Shown here one piece after another: positions 1 through 10,078 of a stretch of DNA of 64,000 bases. The notes below the pieces were generated by a model. The model made no database searches. It was not told the origin of the DNA and worked only from the letters and a program-made list of their open reading frames with translations. The stretch is taken from assembly GCA_027035765.1 (NCBI GenBank), contig JALVUD010000019.1, positions 45,757 to 109,756 of the forward strand, in the 5' to 3' direction. Every line of letters starts with the position of its first letter. Positions within the stretch are counted from its first letter, which is position 1. Source of the stretch: Campylobacteraceae bacterium (GTDB taxonomy: Bacteria; Campylobacterota; Campylobacteria; Campylobacterales; Sulfurovaceae). The translations under genes and the position numbers were made by a program.

Positions 1-351
1 GATCCCCCCTTTGACCGTCTCCAGGGCCGCCGGGTTGTGGACCCCTTCCCGGACGATCATAAAGAGCAGGATGATCTCCACGGCTACGGCGGAGAAGGTC
101 AGGACAAAGCTGGCATAGGGCTCCTCCAGCCGCTCGGCCAGAATCTCGGCGATTTCGGAGACGGTGATGGAGAAGGCCCCGATGGCCACGGCGGCACTGA
201 TGACCGAGAGGTAGGGGCTGTGGCTCAGATGAAAATAGAACGCCAGCAGGCCAAAGATCGAACCCAGGATCATATCGGAATACTCAGCGAGAAAATGCAG
301 CGTATTGTTGTGGGAAGAGTGGGAAGTACCCGATGGAGGTTGCGAATCCAA
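1..351 (-). CDS. CaCA-family Ca2+/H+ antiporter, N-terminal part (gene runs off the window start)
   Basis: My own minus-strand translation gives ...MILGSIFGLLAFYFHLSHSPYLSVISAAVAIGAFSITVSEIAEILAERLEEPYASFVLTFSAVAVEIILLFMIVREG.... It is hydrophobic with an AExLxEPxxS block like ChaA/CAX alpha-repeats. The + ORF 37..384 is its antisense shadow. Start is either TTG at 351 (AGGAG 8 nt upstream) or ATG at 273. Confidence 0.5.
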   Translation of the reverse strand, partial: MDSQPPSGTSHSSHNNTLHFLAEYSDMILGSIFGLLAFYFHLSHSPYLSVISAAVAIGAFSITVSEIAEILAERLEEPYASFVLTFSAVAVEIILLFMIVREGVHNPAALETVKGGI

Positions 352-455
352 GTATATGACTCCTGTCTTGTATGTAGTAGTTGATGTGGCGAATCATACC
401 ATAATTCTTCGTCACAAGTCTCATGAACGGTACAGGATATTCCCGGGGAGGGAGG

Positions 456-1784
456 TCAGAAAGTGATGATCTGCTGCAGGGTATTGATCAGTTTGCTCTT
501 TTCCCGGATGTCGGGAAGTTCCCTGCCCGGTTCGGTGGTGGTGATGATGGTGCGGCAGAGCGGGTATTTGCTCCAGTCTTTGAGCCGGATCCCCCAGTAG
601 GTGTGCATGATCACCGGCTCGTTGCGGTAACGGCCCAGATAGAGGGTGATATGGCCGGGGACGTAGAGGAGGGAGCGAAAGGGCTTGGCTTTGGCCAGGA
701 TGACGGCTTTTTTCCTCGCTTTGGGGAGTCCCCTGATTTTCAGGGCTCGGCCCGCTTTGGCCTGCTTGGCGGAGTTGCGCTTGAGGAAGATACCGAAGAC
801 CCCCAGAAAATCCCGGGTGGTGGCGGAGCAGTCCCGTGTCATCATCTTGCCGCCCCAGCCGTAGGGTTCGCCGTAGAGTTGCCGGGCGACCTTCGCCACG
901 TTGCGGGGGGTGAAACGCAGGGGTTTCAGATCCGCCAGCTTGCGGGAGGGCGGGGTGATCCGCTGCAGCAGAGCGCGACCGCCCGGGCCGCGGGAAGCAG
1001 CCAGGAGCCATCGGCCGCTGCGGTCCATGGGGAAGATCGTGCTGAGTTTTACGAGAGTGATCCGTTTTTTGCCGTTTTTGAGCCAGAGATTGTCCCGGGT
1101 TGTCACGAAATAACGGCCGGTTTTGAAAGCTCGGACGAAACGGTCGTTGACCAGCGCGATATCTTTCGCCGGTACCCAGCCGTTGGCATGGGCCGCCTGG
1201 ACAAAAGCCCATCTGCCGTCCCGGGAATAGTGGGAGAGGTAGAGGGGAACGTCGGGGTGGAGTTCACTGTTCTGGAAATAGTCGAAGGGAAAGCCTTCGG
1301 TGTTTTTCCAGGGATCCCGGTAGGCGGGAGTCCGGGTGGGCAGGGCCCGCAGATCGGTGTGGCGCACAGAGATTGCCCGGGCGCCGACGGTACCGAGCTT
1401 CTCCATCTGGGCGTTGCGGATCCAGCCTTCGATGACCCGGGGAGGGATGAGGCGCTTTCGGGCATTATAGATCTTTTTTTTCCTCGCGAAAGGGATGACC
1501 CAGAGCAGCTCCTCTTTGGGCTCCTTGATCCGATAGCCTGATTCCCAGGGGCTGAAATAGATGCGGTTGTACTCCCGGTCGTAGCTGAGCTGCCGGCTCC
1601 GGGGGATAGGCTTGAGTTGTCGGGCGTAGTAGGCGGGGTTTTGGGGGATGGTTTTCATATCGCGCACGCTTTTGAAGTGGAGCCGGTCGATAGCGCTGCG
1701 GGGCCGGTGTCCCGGCTCCAGGTGCCAGGCGGCCATGAGCCAGAGCGGAAGGAGCAGGAGCATCATCATACGGAACATCTTCAC
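456..1784 (-). CDS. secreted NlpC/P60-family peptidoglycan endopeptidase with N-terminal SH3-like region
   Basis: 442-aa ORF with signal-like N-terminus MKMFRMMMLLLLPLWLMAAW. Catalytic Cys block YGWGGKMMTRDCSATTRDF and a later GHITLYLG His block are typical of NlpC/P60. Confidence 0.85.
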   Translation of the reverse strand: MKMFRMMMLLLLPLWLMAAWHLEPGHRPRSAIDRLHFKSVRDMKTIPQNPAYYARQLKPIPRSRQLSYDREYNRIYFSPWESGYRIKEPKEELLWVIPFARKKKIYNARKRLIPPRVIEGWIRNAQMEKLGTVGARAISVRHTDLRALPTRTPAYRDPWKNTEGFPFDYFQNSELHPDVPLYLSHYSRDGRWAFVQAAHANGWVPAKDIALVNDRFVRAFKTGRYFVTTRDNLWLKNGKKRITLVKLSTIFPMDRSGRWLLAASRGPGGRALLQRITPPSRKLADLKPLRFTPRNVAKVARQLYGEPYGWGGKMMTRDCSATTRDFLGVFGIFLKRNSAKQAKAGRALKIRGLPKARKKAVILAKAKPFRSLLYVPGHITLYLGRYRNEPVIMHTYWGIRLKDWSKYPLCRTIITTTEPGRELPDIREKSKLINTLQQIITF

Positions 1785-1787
1785 TCC

Positions 1788-1991
1788 TTAGCGATTGAGC
1801 AGCCAGAGGATCAGGCTGAAGAGGATCGAGAGCAGCAGCATCGAGCCCAGCGGCGCGTAAAAGACAAAATGCTCTCCCTCGTACCGGAAGTCTCCGGGCA
1901 GGTGCCCGAACCACCCCAGCAGTCCCCATTTCATTGCGATTCCCGCCAGCAGCAGGAGCAGTCCGGCTCCGATGAGAAGGTTCCCCATCAT
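1788..1991 (-). CDS. DUF2905-family small membrane protein
   Basis: 67 aa with two hydrophobic helices flanking GHLPGDFRYEGEHFVFYAPLGS. It sits 3 nt upstream of the NlpC/P60 gene on the same strand. Confidence 0.7.
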   Translation of the reverse strand: MMGNLLIGAGLLLLLAGIAMKWGLLGWFGHLPGDFRYEGEHFVFYAPLGSMLLLSILFSLILWLLNR

Positions 1992-2166
1992 CTTCCCTTC
2001 GTCTGTCGTTTTTTTGTACTCTACTTTACACGATTTTCCCCCAATCTTTTATTGGGATCGGGATATAAAGAAAAATCTGAAAAAAAATAAAGTTTCTCTC
2101 GACGGGATATACGGTTTCGGCCGGAATGACAATGTGACCCTATTTTTTCTCTTCCCGTCATACTCC

Positions 2167-2175
2167 TGATATAAT
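2167..2175 (+). promoter_or_regulatory. candidate extended -10 promoter (TGATATAAT) for rmuC
   Basis: TGnTATAAT match 39 nt upstream of the ATG at 2214, in an AT-rich divergent spacer. Confidence 0.4.
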
Positions 2176-2213
2176 GGCCCTGACTATAAATATATTTCCA
2201 AATATGAGGCAGC

Positions 2214-3638
2214 ATGGTATTTGAGATAGATTCAGAAAAACTGAAGTGGATCCTTTGGGGAAGCGGGGGAGTGTCTGTCGGGATTTTGCTGGTCGGACTG
2301 ACCGGCTGGATAATCCTGAGTAAAAGAGAGCGCCGCCGGACCGAGGAGCGGGAGACACTGGAACGACGGCTGGAAGAGAGTGCCACTCTGGGGGAGTCGC
2401 TGCAGCGGGAGCTGGAAGAGGAGCGACTGGCCCGGACCCGAGCGGAGACGTCACTGGAGCGAATCCCCGAACTGAGCCGGATGCTTGAGAAGCGAGAGAA
2501 GGAGATTGCCGGATTGCAGGAGGATTTGAAGGCGTCGGCGGCAGAGCGGAGTGCTCTGGAGAGCCGGCTCGAAGAGCAGGAGCGCCATTACCGGCAATTG
2601 ACCGGGGAGCTCAAGGAGGCCAGGGAGGAGCTGCAGCGGCAGTTTCGGCGTATGGCGGGGGAGATCATGGAGGAAAACGCCCTGCGTTTCCAGAGCGTTT
2701 CCCGGGAGGGGGTGGCCCAGATCCTGCGACCGCTTCAGCAGCAGGTAGAGCGTTTTCGCAAACGGGTGGACGAAGTGCACAGCGAAGAGAGTCGCGAGAT
2801 GGCGGCACTGCAGACGGAACTCAAAACTCTTCGGGAGCTCAACCGGCAGATCTCCGAAGAAGCTCACAACCTCACCCGGGCCCTCAAAGGGGAGCACAAG
2901 AGCCAGGGAATCTGGGGCGAGATGGTGCTGGAACGCATCCTGGAGGCTTCGGGACTCCGGGAAGGGGAGGAGTTCGAACGGGAGTTGAGTCTGCGTGACA
3001 GTGAGGCACGGCGCTTCCGTCCCGATGTGGTGGTCCATCTGCCCGGCGGACGGGATGTGGTGATCGATGCCAAAACCTCTCTGAACGCCTATGAACGCTA
3101 TATCGCTGCCGAGAGTGAAGCGGAGCGCCGGGTCCAGGCTCGGGCGCATCTGCAGGCGGTCAAAGCCCACATCGAGGGTTTGGGTGCCAAAAACTACGCC
3201 AATCTCGAGGGGATCGAGACCCTCGATTTCATCTTTATGTTTCTGCCTATCGAGGGGGCGTTGAGCCTGGCGATGCAGGAGGATCCGAGGCTCTACGAGC
3301 GGGCGCTGGAACGCCAGATCATCCTGGTCAGTCCCACCACGCTGCTGGTGGCTCTGCGGGCGGTAGAGAGCAGCTGGAAACGGGAGCGTCAAAACCGCAA
3401 CGCCCGGGAGATCGCCAAACGGGCGGGGGCGCTGTATGACAAGTTTGCTCTTTTCGCCACGGAGCTGGAGAAGCTGGGGCGGCAGATCGAAACGGTGCAG
3501 GGGACCTATGGGACACTCTGGAACCGCCTGAGTCAGGGCAAAGGGAACATACTGCGCCAAATCGAAGGTCTCAGAGAGCTGGGGGCCGAGACGAGCAAAC
3601 AACTGCCTCCAAAACTTCTGGAAGAGAATGAGGTGTAG
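2214..3638 (+). CDS. rmuC: DNA recombination protein RmuC
   Basis: 474 aa with an N-terminal TM helix, a long E/R/L-rich coiled coil, and a C-terminal RmuC block RPDVVVHLPGGRDVVIDAKTSLNAYERY. Confidence 0.9.
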   Translation: MVFEIDSEKLKWILWGSGGVSVGILLVGLTGWIILSKRERRRTEERETLERRLEESATLGESLQRELEEERLARTRAETSLERIPELSRMLEKREKEIAGLQEDLKASAAERSALESRLEEQERHYRQLTGELKEAREELQRQFRRMAGEIMEENALRFQSVSREGVAQILRPLQQQVERFRKRVDEVHSEESREMAALQTELKTLRELNRQISEEAHNLTRALKGEHKSQGIWGEMVLERILEASGLREGEEFERELSLRDSEARRFRPDVVVHLPGGRDVVIDAKTSLNAYERYIAAESEAERRVQARAHLQAVKAHIEGLGAKNYANLEGIETLDFIFMFLPIEGALSLAMQEDPRLYERALERQIILVSPTTLLVALRAVESSWKRERQNRNAREIAKRAGALYDKFALFATELEKLGRQIETVQGTYGTLWNRLSQGKGNILRQIEGLRELGAETSKQLPPKLLEENEV

Positions 3639-3644
3639 CGGAGC

Positions 3645-4172
3645 TCAGGGGTGGAAGATCCCGGCCTCTTCCATCCATCGGATCGTCGTGTTGAGCTGGA
3701 GAGTCTGATTGGGGTTCTCACAACGGATTTGTGTGAGCATTTTATTCCCCGGTTCTTTGTAGAGACGGATCAGTGAGCGGCCACGAAGCGGATCGATGAG
3801 ATCATACCTGATCGGGCCGTTGCGAAAAGTGATCGAGGCGTTTCCCGCGGCATCGACGCTATAGCGGAATCTCCCTTTGGGTTCTACTCTCCCTTTTGGA
3901 TATCTGAGGAGGACCGTTCCATGCTTTCCGATGCGAAATTGGAGGTAGTCTTGTAGCTTGTCGGATTGTGGGGAGGCACAAAGCACATACACTTTTGTGC
4001 CGCTGACACAGCGCCAAAGGGTCTGCTCATCTTTGTGGCAGAGGGAATGTTTTGTATCGCTGCGGTTTGGTTTTGCCGTCGGGGTGGAGGAGTGCGCATA
4101 GAGGGATGGATGGTTCAGGAGTGTTATAGAAAGGAGAAAAAAGAGGTTTTTGATTCTGGTTTGGTGATGCAT
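3645..4172 (-). CDS. hypothetical secreted protein (Cys-containing)
   Basis: 175-aa ORF with an ATG start and signal-like IKNLFFLLSITLLNHPSLYA. GC is lower than its neighbours. I recognise no family. Confidence 0.5.
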   Translation of the reverse strand: MHHQTRIKNLFFLLSITLLNHPSLYAHSSTPTAKPNRSDTKHSLCHKDEQTLWRCVSGTKVYVLCASPQSDKLQDYLQFRIGKHGTVLLRYPKGRVEPKGRFRYSVDAAGNASITFRNGPIRYDLIDPLRGRSLIRLYKEPGNKMLTQIRCENPNQTLQLNTTIRWMEEAGIFHP

Positions 4173-4208
4173 ATGCAGGAAAGATCGTCTTTGGAATTCA
4201 GTGGTGAA

Positions 4209-4285
<77 letters not shown>

Positions 4286-4353
4286 ATATGATTTCGGAGC
4301 GTATTTTATCCTTTTTTCCTTACACTCGGGACAGAGGGCTTTCTCCGGGAGCT

Positions 4354-5055
4354 TCAGACCTCCTCTTCGCTCTCGTCGAGGAAGATTCTGTCGGGGCAGG
4401 GGAGGCGTTCCAGAGTTTTGTCTCCGGTCTGCGGATCGAGGATCACCCGATAGAGGGCGCCGCGGATGAAAGCGGGTTTGAAATCGAAGCTCTCCACCTC
4501 CAGCGGAATCTTTCCGTACCGGTTCCGGGTGGGAACCAGGGTATCGCAGAGGGCGTCGAAATAGCTTTCGGTGAGGATCGCATAGGTGTCCAGATCCATG
4601 CTGCAGTCGTAATAGCCCAGCTCCATCTCCTCGGCACGGAAGGTCTCTTCGTCACTCTCGGCCCCCAGATCCCAGACTCCCTGTCCCTCTTCGCTGCGCA
4701 GATAGAAGATCTCTCCGGGTTCCGCCCGCTGGATAATGGCCAGCGGGTCGGTAATGGGGATGTTCTTCAGCGTCAGCGCGTCCCGGTCGAGCGCCTGCTC
4801 TTCGGCACCGTCGACCGTGACGGTCAGGACATCCAGGGATTCGGGGTCGATCCCGGTGACCACCTCTGCCGCTTCCAGGAGATCCAGCTCTCCGCTTTCG
4901 ACCAGGGCATTCACATCCTCCATATACCGCAGCAGATCTTCCCGGTCCGTCAGGTCATAGGCATCGCTTTCGATCCCTTCGAGTTCCAGCTGATCCAGAT
5001 TGTAGAGCCCCACTTTTTTGGTCGTCCCTTCCAGATGAATCGATAGTTCCATCAT
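4354..5055 (-). CDS. hypothetical strongly acidic cytoplasmic protein
   Basis: 233-aa ORF that is D/E-rich throughout and ends ...DESEEEV. Codon usage matches its neighbours. No motif recognised. Confidence 0.6.
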   Translation of the reverse strand: MMELSIHLEGTTKKVGLYNLDQLELEGIESDAYDLTDREDLLRYMEDVNALVESGELDLLEAAEVVTGIDPESLDVLTVTVDGAEEQALDRDALTLKNIPITDPLAIIQRAEPGEIFYLRSEEGQGVWDLGAESDEETFRAEEMELGYYDCSMDLDTYAILTESYFDALCDTLVPTRNRYGKIPLEVESFDFKPAFIRGALYRVILDPQTGDKTLERLPCPDRIFLDESEEEV

Positions 5056-5138
5056 TGACTCCTTCGCTTTTTTATATACTGTTACTATAGCAGAGCAAAG
5101 CCCATTCGAGGGCGACCCAGGTAGCCAAAGGAGAAAAG

Positions 5139-5591
5139 ATGACCGTCAGTGCGGGAATTCTGCCCTATCGTCGGAAAAAGAACGGGATCGAACTCTTCCT
5201 GATTCATATGGGAGGGCCCTACTGGAAGCACAAGGAGCGCTCCTGGAGTATCCCCAAAGGGATCGTCGAAGAGGGGGAGAGTCTCGAAGCGGCAGCCCGT
5301 CGGGAGTTCGCCGAAGAGACGGGTCAGAGGATTGACGGGCCCTTGATTGATCTGGGAGAGGGACGCAGCGGCTCGAAGCGTTTGCGGATCTTCGCCGTCG
5401 AGGCACCGCAGCTTTCCGAAACGATCCGTTCCAACACTTTCAGTATCGAATGGCCGCCCCACAGCGGCAGGGAACAGGAGTTTCCCGAAGCGGATCGCGC
5501 CGCCTGGGTCTCCCCGGAGGCAGCGCGGAAAATCCTGGTCAAAAGCCAGCTTCCCTTTCTCGACCGACTCGAAGAGAAGCTTGGCTCCTAG
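5139..5591 (+). CDS. NUDIX hydrolase
   Basis: Nudix box GIVEEGESLEAAARREFAEETG. AAGGAG RBS lies 6 nt upstream of the ATG. Confidence 0.85.
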   Translation: MTVSAGILPYRRKKNGIELFLIHMGGPYWKHKERSWSIPKGIVEEGESLEAAARREFAEETGQRIDGPLIDLGEGRSGSKRLRIFAVEAPQLSETIRSNTFSIEWPPHSGREQEFPEADRAAWVSPEAARKILVKSQLPFLDRLEEKLGS

Positions 5592-7243
5592 AGGTCTTCT
5601 CCCAGGACGTAGGCCAGCTCGTAGTAGTTGTTGACGATATATTCGAAGTCGCTTTTGCTCTCTTCGGTGGCGGCGATGAGAAGCCGCATTCCTGCCTCCA
5701 GAGGCAGGTCGTCTCCCGGCATGAGTTCGAGATGTCGTTCATCCCATTTGCAGAGCAGAATGAGCAGCGGCAGACTCTCCTCCCGATTGGCCCGGGAGCG
5801 CCGCAGGGCTCCCAGGGGAATCTGCCGTCCTTTCTTCAACTCCTTTGCCAGGGCGTAGGCATGCTCTTCGTCAAGGGTGATCTCGAAGTGCATCGGGTTC
5901 TCCCCCAGGGTCGCGTGCATCTGCTCTACCACTTTCGCCCCCCACGCTTCGTCCTTGGTATGCAGAAGCCGGACAAATCGGTAGGCCAGAGGCCGGGCGA
6001 TGAAGAGGTAGGTGAACTCTGCAAGGATGTGTTCGAGAATATAGACCCGGTTGATCCTGGCGGCGCGAAAGATACTCAGGTCATCCAGGGTGTTCTCCCG
6101 TCCGATGGTATAGATTTCGGGGTTGAGCTTTTTGGCGGTGGCCAGGATGGTGAGGTTGATCAGGTCGTCTTTGGTGGCGGCGATGATGGCTTCGGCCTCT
6201 TTGACCCCCGCTTCGATCAGGGTTTTGTAGTCCTCTCCGTCTCCGAAAACGGCGCTCTGTTTCTCTTCTTTGTAGTCGGTGGACTTGATATCGACATAAC
6301 TGTAGGGGATTCCGGCTTTCTTCAGGGCCCGTTCCAGAGCGTGTCCCATTCGTCCGTAGCCGCAGATGATGTATTTTCCCCGAGGGAGCTGCTCCCGATC
6401 CCTTACTCTGAGGATATGACCGAAGGTCCACATCTCCAGCAGCCAGAGGCTGGGGGCTGTCAGGGCCAGATACATCCGGTTGGAGACGAATTGGAAAGGA
6501 TCCTCGATGTAGCGGACTCCCAGGTTGTGGAGATGTTCGCTCTGGGTCTGGGTGGTCGATTTGATGACCAGTTTGATCCGTTTGTTGAGGAGTTTGCAGA
6601 GCAGGGCGATCTTGGTGTTTTTGATATCGTCTTCGAAGAGGGAGACCACCGCCTGACAGCTTTTCTGATGGATGCCGGCCATCTTGAGCGTCTCGGGGGT
6701 GGTGACATCGGCGGCGAGGGAGGGGACCTCGGGGATGAAGTTCTCCAGATCCAGGGCTTCGATCTTTTCGGGGTCCCGGTCCACGACGACGACCCGGATT
6801 CCCTCCCGGTTGAGCCAGTCGATGATCAGGTGGGTGATGTTGTTATAGCCCAGGATGATGGTAAAGGGCTCCCGGAGTTCCTGGATCTTTTTGCGGAAGC
6901 GGGCGATGTCGATCTCCCGGGCGAGGCGCTTGTCCTGGACCAGGGCCACGATGGCCCCGATGCCGTAGAACCAGCCGATGACCGTGAGGTAGATACAGGC
7001 GGAGACCCACATCCGCTGGGGATAGGTGAAGGTGTAGGGGGCTTCGCCGAAGCCGATGGTGGAGGCCATGTAGCTGACGAAGTAGAAAGCGTCGAAAAAG
7101 GACATCTTGTAGGGATGCCCCTGATCGTCCATCCCTGGGATCAGCGTCAGGCCCAGGATCGAGATGGAGAAGGTGACGATGATGACCAGGAAGGGGATCC
7201 GCATCCGGCGGATGATGATCCAGATGGTGTTGTTGGTTTCCAT
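5588..7243 (-). CDS. potassium channel protein with two RCK/TrkA-N domains
   Basis: Two TM helices plus a pore loop with selectivity filter STIGFGE, followed by two Rossmann-type RCK domains (IILGYNN..., ICGYGRMGH). Confidence 0.85.
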   Translation of the reverse strand: METNNTIWIIIRRMRIPFLVIIVTFSISILGLTLIPGMDDQGHPYKMSFFDAFYFVSYMASTIGFGEAPYTFTYPQRMWVSACIYLTVIGWFYGIGAIVALVQDKRLAREIDIARFRKKIQELREPFTIILGYNNITHLIIDWLNREGIRVVVVDRDPEKIEALDLENFIPEVPSLAADVTTPETLKMAGIHQKSCQAVVSLFEDDIKNTKIALLCKLLNKRIKLVIKSTTQTQSEHLHNLGVRYIEDPFQFVSNRMYLALTAPSLWLLEMWTFGHILRVRDREQLPRGKYIICGYGRMGHALERALKKAGIPYSYVDIKSTDYKEEKQSAVFGDGEDYKTLIEAGVKEAEAIIAATKDDLINLTILATAKKLNPEIYTIGRENTLDDLSIFRAARINRVYILEHILAEFTYLFIARPLAYRFVRLLHTKDEAWGAKVVEQMHATLGENPMHFEITLDEEHAYALAKELKKGRQIPLGALRRSRANREESLPLLILLCKWDERHLELMPGDDLPLEAGMRLLIAATEESKSDFEYIVNNYYELAYVLGEDL

Positions 7244-7264
7244 GGGGTCCCCGCGGGGAGTCTC

Positions 7265-7645
7265 CTATCGCTTGGACTTGAGGGTGTCGCCGATGAAGAG
7301 GGTCACCGAGACGATGTTGGCGATGAAGGCGCCGGCGGCCAGAGAGACGACGGCGACGGTACTCTCCAGGTTCATGCCGTTCATCACATAGACGGCGAAG
7401 GCCCAGACGGTCGCCGAAGCGATGAGCTGGATATCGGCGACGAGGCTGGTGGCCAGGAGGACCGAGCCGAGCTGGGTCTTGTCCCCGAGCTTGAGGATTG
7501 TGGCGATCAGGTTGATGACGATGGCGGCGAAGAGTTCGTAGCCGCTGTGATACTCCAGGTTGGCAGGGTCGCCGTAGACAAAGCCGAAGTTGATGGTCAT
7601 GGCGAGGATAAAGAAAAATCCGGAGATTACCTTCTCTGTATTCAT
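7265..7645 (-). CDS. small integral membrane protein (DUF6394-like), co-oriented with the K+ channel
   Basis: 126 aa with four hydrophobic helices. It lies 22 nt upstream of the channel gene on the same strand. Confidence 0.6.
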   Translation of the reverse strand: MNTEKVISGFFFILAMTINFGFVYGDPANLEYHSGYELFAAIVINLIATILKLGDKTQLGSVLLATSLVADIQLIASATVWAFAVYVMNGMNLESTVAVVSLAAGAFIANIVSVTLFIGDTLKSKR

Positions 7646-7717
7646 ACGCGCTCCTTATGGTGATGATAGTGTAGAACGGAGCGGCTTAGAAAGTGATGGA
7701 CGTAAAAGCCGGTATTT

Positions 7718-8260
7718 TCAGATCGTCGTTTTGCGGAAGAAGTCCCGGACATATTCGTAGCCGCTGTAGAGGGTCAGGGCGACGGCGATCCAGAGCAGCA
7801 GGGTGCCGCCGGGCCACTCCATGAGCAGGAAGCCGATGGCGAACATCTGGCTGACGGTCTTGACCTTGCCCATCCAGCTGGCGGAGATGTCGATCCCCTG
7901 GCTGACGGCGGAGACCCGCAGGCCGGTGATGAAGAGCTCCCGGGTCAGGATCAGGTAGATCGCCCAGGGATCGGCCCGCCCCAGGAGCATGAGCCCCAGG
8001 AAGCCCGCCAGGGTGAGCATCTTGTCCGCCAGGGGGTCCAGGATCGCTCCCAGGGTGGTGATCTGGTCGAAGGTCCGGGCGATGTAGCCGTCGAAGAAGT
8101 CGGTGGCGCTGGCCAGGACGAAGAGAAAAGCCGCCGCGTAGTCGAGCCAGCTGTAGTGGATCCCGGCGAAGATGCCCCAGTCTCTGTCGACCAGCAGCAT
8201 ATACATCAGCGGTGCCATCAGGAGGCGGATGAAGGCGAGAAGGTTGGGCACGTTATACAC
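7718..8260 (-). CDS. pgsA: CDP-diacylglycerol--glycerol-3-phosphate 3-phosphatidyltransferase
   Basis: CDP-alcohol phosphatidyltransferase motif DFFDGYIARTFDQITTLGAILDPLADK. Confidence 0.9.
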   Translation of the reverse strand: MYNVPNLLAFIRLLMAPLMYMLLVDRDWGIFAGIHYSWLDYAAAFLFVLASATDFFDGYIARTFDQITTLGAILDPLADKMLTLAGFLGLMLLGRADPWAIYLILTRELFITGLRVSAVSQGIDISASWMGKVKTVSQMFAIGFLLMEWPGGTLLLWIAVALTLYSGYEYVRDFFRKTTI

Positions 8261-8282
8261 GATCCCTCCTGCTGGAGTGATC

Positions 8283-8317
8283 GTGAGTGAAGAGTGAAGA
8301 GTGAAGAGTGAAGAGTG
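8283..8317. repeat. heptamer micro-array GTGAAGA x4 (plus partial units)
   Basis: gtgaGTGAAGAGTGAAGAGTGAAGAGTGAAGAgtg read directly. A partial inverted copy ttcttcactcttaattcttcactc follows at about 8353-8377. Confidence 0.9.
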
Positions 8318-8382
8318 TTATATTTATCGACGGCAGATTATTCATTTCCAATTCTTCGTTCTTCACTCTTAATTCTTCACTC

Positions 8383-8407
8383 GTTCCGCTGATACAATCA
8401 GCGGAAC
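8383..8407 (-). terminator. hairpin overlapping the stop codon of the SDR gene
   Basis: gttccgctga-tacaa-tcagcggaac forms a perfect 10-bp stem. The TGA stop at 8398-8400 lies inside the right arm. There is no clear U-tract. Confidence 0.3.
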
Positions 8408-9180
8408 GTCGTTCCTCCGTCGACGACCAGGGTCTGGCCGGTGATCCAGCCGGCGTCGTCACTGCAGAGGAAGAGGATGGCGCCGGCCAGGTCTTCGGGA
8501 GTGCCCATGCGGTTGAGCGCCGAGCGTTTGACGGTTTCGGCTTTGACCTCTTCGTAGTTGGTGAAGGCCCGCAGGGCGTCGGTTTCGATGGGGCCGCCGC
8601 TGACGGCGTTGACCCGGATGTTCCACTCCCCCAGCTCCACGGCGGCGTAGCGGGCCATGGCTTCGACGGCGGCTTTGTTGGTGCCGTGGCCGGCGTAGTT
8701 TTCGATATAGATCAGGTTGCCGGTGGAGCTCAGGGTCACGATGGCACCGCCTCCCACCTTTTGCATCCGTTTGGCCGCCTCCTGGCTGCCGGCGACGAAG
8801 GCCCCCACGGTGGCCATATAGATATTGGCCAGGCCCTTTTTGGGACGGAGCTTCATGAACTTGCCGTAGCCGCCGACGACGGGGCGGCCGTAGATCATGG
8901 CGTTGGAGACGAAGAAGTCGACCCGGTCGAAATCTTTGTCAATCGCTTCAAAAAGCGGTTTGAACTGATCGGTATCGAGGATATCGAGAGGGTAGCAGCG
9001 GGCTTTGACGCCGTAGCTCTCCTCCAGCTCCCGGGCGAAGGTCTCGGCGGCCTCCTTGTTGGAGTTGTAGGTGAAGGCGACGTTGATGCCGTTGCGGGCG
9101 AATTTTTCGGCGGTGGCTTTGCCGATGCCCTTGGTGGCCCCGGTAATGACCAGGGTTTTGCCTTTCATGTTTTCGTACAT
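8398..9180 (-). CDS. SDR-family oxidoreductase (FabL/FabG-like)
   Basis: Rossmann motif TGATKGIG and a Y-x3-K region (YAGHGTNKAAVE). It is adjacent to dapA. Confidence 0.85.
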   Translation of the reverse strand: MYENMKGKTLVITGATKGIGKATAEKFARNGINVAFTYNSNKEAAETFARELEESYGVKARCYPLDILDTDQFKPLFEAIDKDFDRVDFFVSNAMIYGRPVVGGYGKFMKLRPKKGLANIYMATVGAFVAGSQEAAKRMQKVGGGAIVTLSSTGNLIYIENYAGHGTNKAAVEAMARYAAVELGEWNIRVNAVSGGPIETDALRAFTNYEEVKAETVKRSALNRMGTPEDLAGAILFLCSDDAGWITGQTLVVDGGTTFR

Positions 9181-9181
9181 C

Positions 9182-10078
9182 TTATTTGACTCCGGGAATG
9201 GTGTAGTTTTTGAGGGCCGCTTCGATCTTTTTCATACTTTCGGTGCCGGGAGGAACGAGGGGCAGGCGGTACTCCAGGCTGGGGATGAGGCCGGCGATAT
9301 ACATGGCGGCCTTGACGGGAATGGGGTTGGACTCGACGAACATCGCCTTGTTGATGGGATAGAGCGAATCGTTGATCGCCTTGGAGGCGGCCAGGTCTCC
9401 CGAGAGGGCGGTATGGACCAGCTTTGATTTGAGATCGGGCAGGAGATTGGCGGTGACGGAGATGATCCCTTTGGCCCCGTTGGCCAGGAGAGGGTAGTCG
9501 ATGGCGTCGTCGCCGCTGACGAGGCAGAGTTCGGGGCGGGCCGCCAGCAGGTCCACCGCCCGCTCCATGGAGCCGGTAGCCTCTTTGATGGCATAGATGT
9601 TGCTCACTTCGTCGAAGAGGCGGAAAACCGTCTCGGGGCGGATATCCACCGAGGTACGGCCCGGGACGTTGTAGAGCATTATGGGAATCTCCACCGCTTC
9701 GGCGATCGCCTTGTAGTGGCGGTAGAGCCCCTCCTGGGAGGGTTTGTTGTAATAGGGGGCCACGGAGAGGAGGGCGTGGGCGCCGCAGGCTTCGGCGTGG
9801 CGGGCGATGTCGATGGCCTCGTGGGTGGCGTTGGATCCGGCGCCGGCAACGACTTTGACGTCAGTCCCCCGGCAGACCTCCACGGCGATCTCGATGCAGC
9901 GTTTGTGCTCATCGTGGCTGAGGGTGGCACTTTCGCCGGTGGTGCCGACGGGAACCACGGCATCCATGCCGTGGGCGATCTGGCGGCGGATCAGCTCGGC
10001 GTAGGTCGTCTCGTCGAGTTGACCGTTTCTAAAAGGGGTGATCAGGGCGGTCATCGCCCCGCAGATGGTGGAACTCAT
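9182..10078 (-). CDS. dapA: 4-hydroxy-tetrahydrodipicolinate synthase
   Basis: 298 aa with full-length DapA-like sequence ([31 protein letters not shown]). Confidence 0.95.
   Translation of the reverse strand: MSSTICGAMTALITPFRNGQLDETTYAELIRRQIAHGMDAVVPVGTTGESATLSHDEHKRCIEIAVEVCRGTDVKVVAGAGSNATHEAIDIARHAEACGAHALLSVAPYYNKPSQEGLYRHYKAIAEAVEIPIMLYNVPGRTSVDIRPETVFRLFDEVSNIYAIKEATGSMERAVDLLAARPELCLVSGDDAIDYPLLANGAKGIISVTANLLPDLKSKLVHTALSGDLAASKAINDSLYPINKAMFVESNPIPVKAAMYIAGLIPSLEYRLPLVPPGTESMKKIEAALKNYTIPGVK

Noticed and set aside
37-384. 115-aa plus-strand ORF at the window start
   Set aside because: It is the antisense shadow of a hydrophobic CaCA-type antiporter N-terminus that reads off the window on the minus strand.
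5450-7663. 737-aa ORF on the plus strand, the longest ORF in this region
   Set aside because: It lies antisense to the K+ channel and DUF6394-like genes. Its composition is G/D/E/V/P-rich and low-complexity, with no motifs, which is typical of shadow ORFs in GC-rich DNA. The minus-strand genes have clear family signatures.
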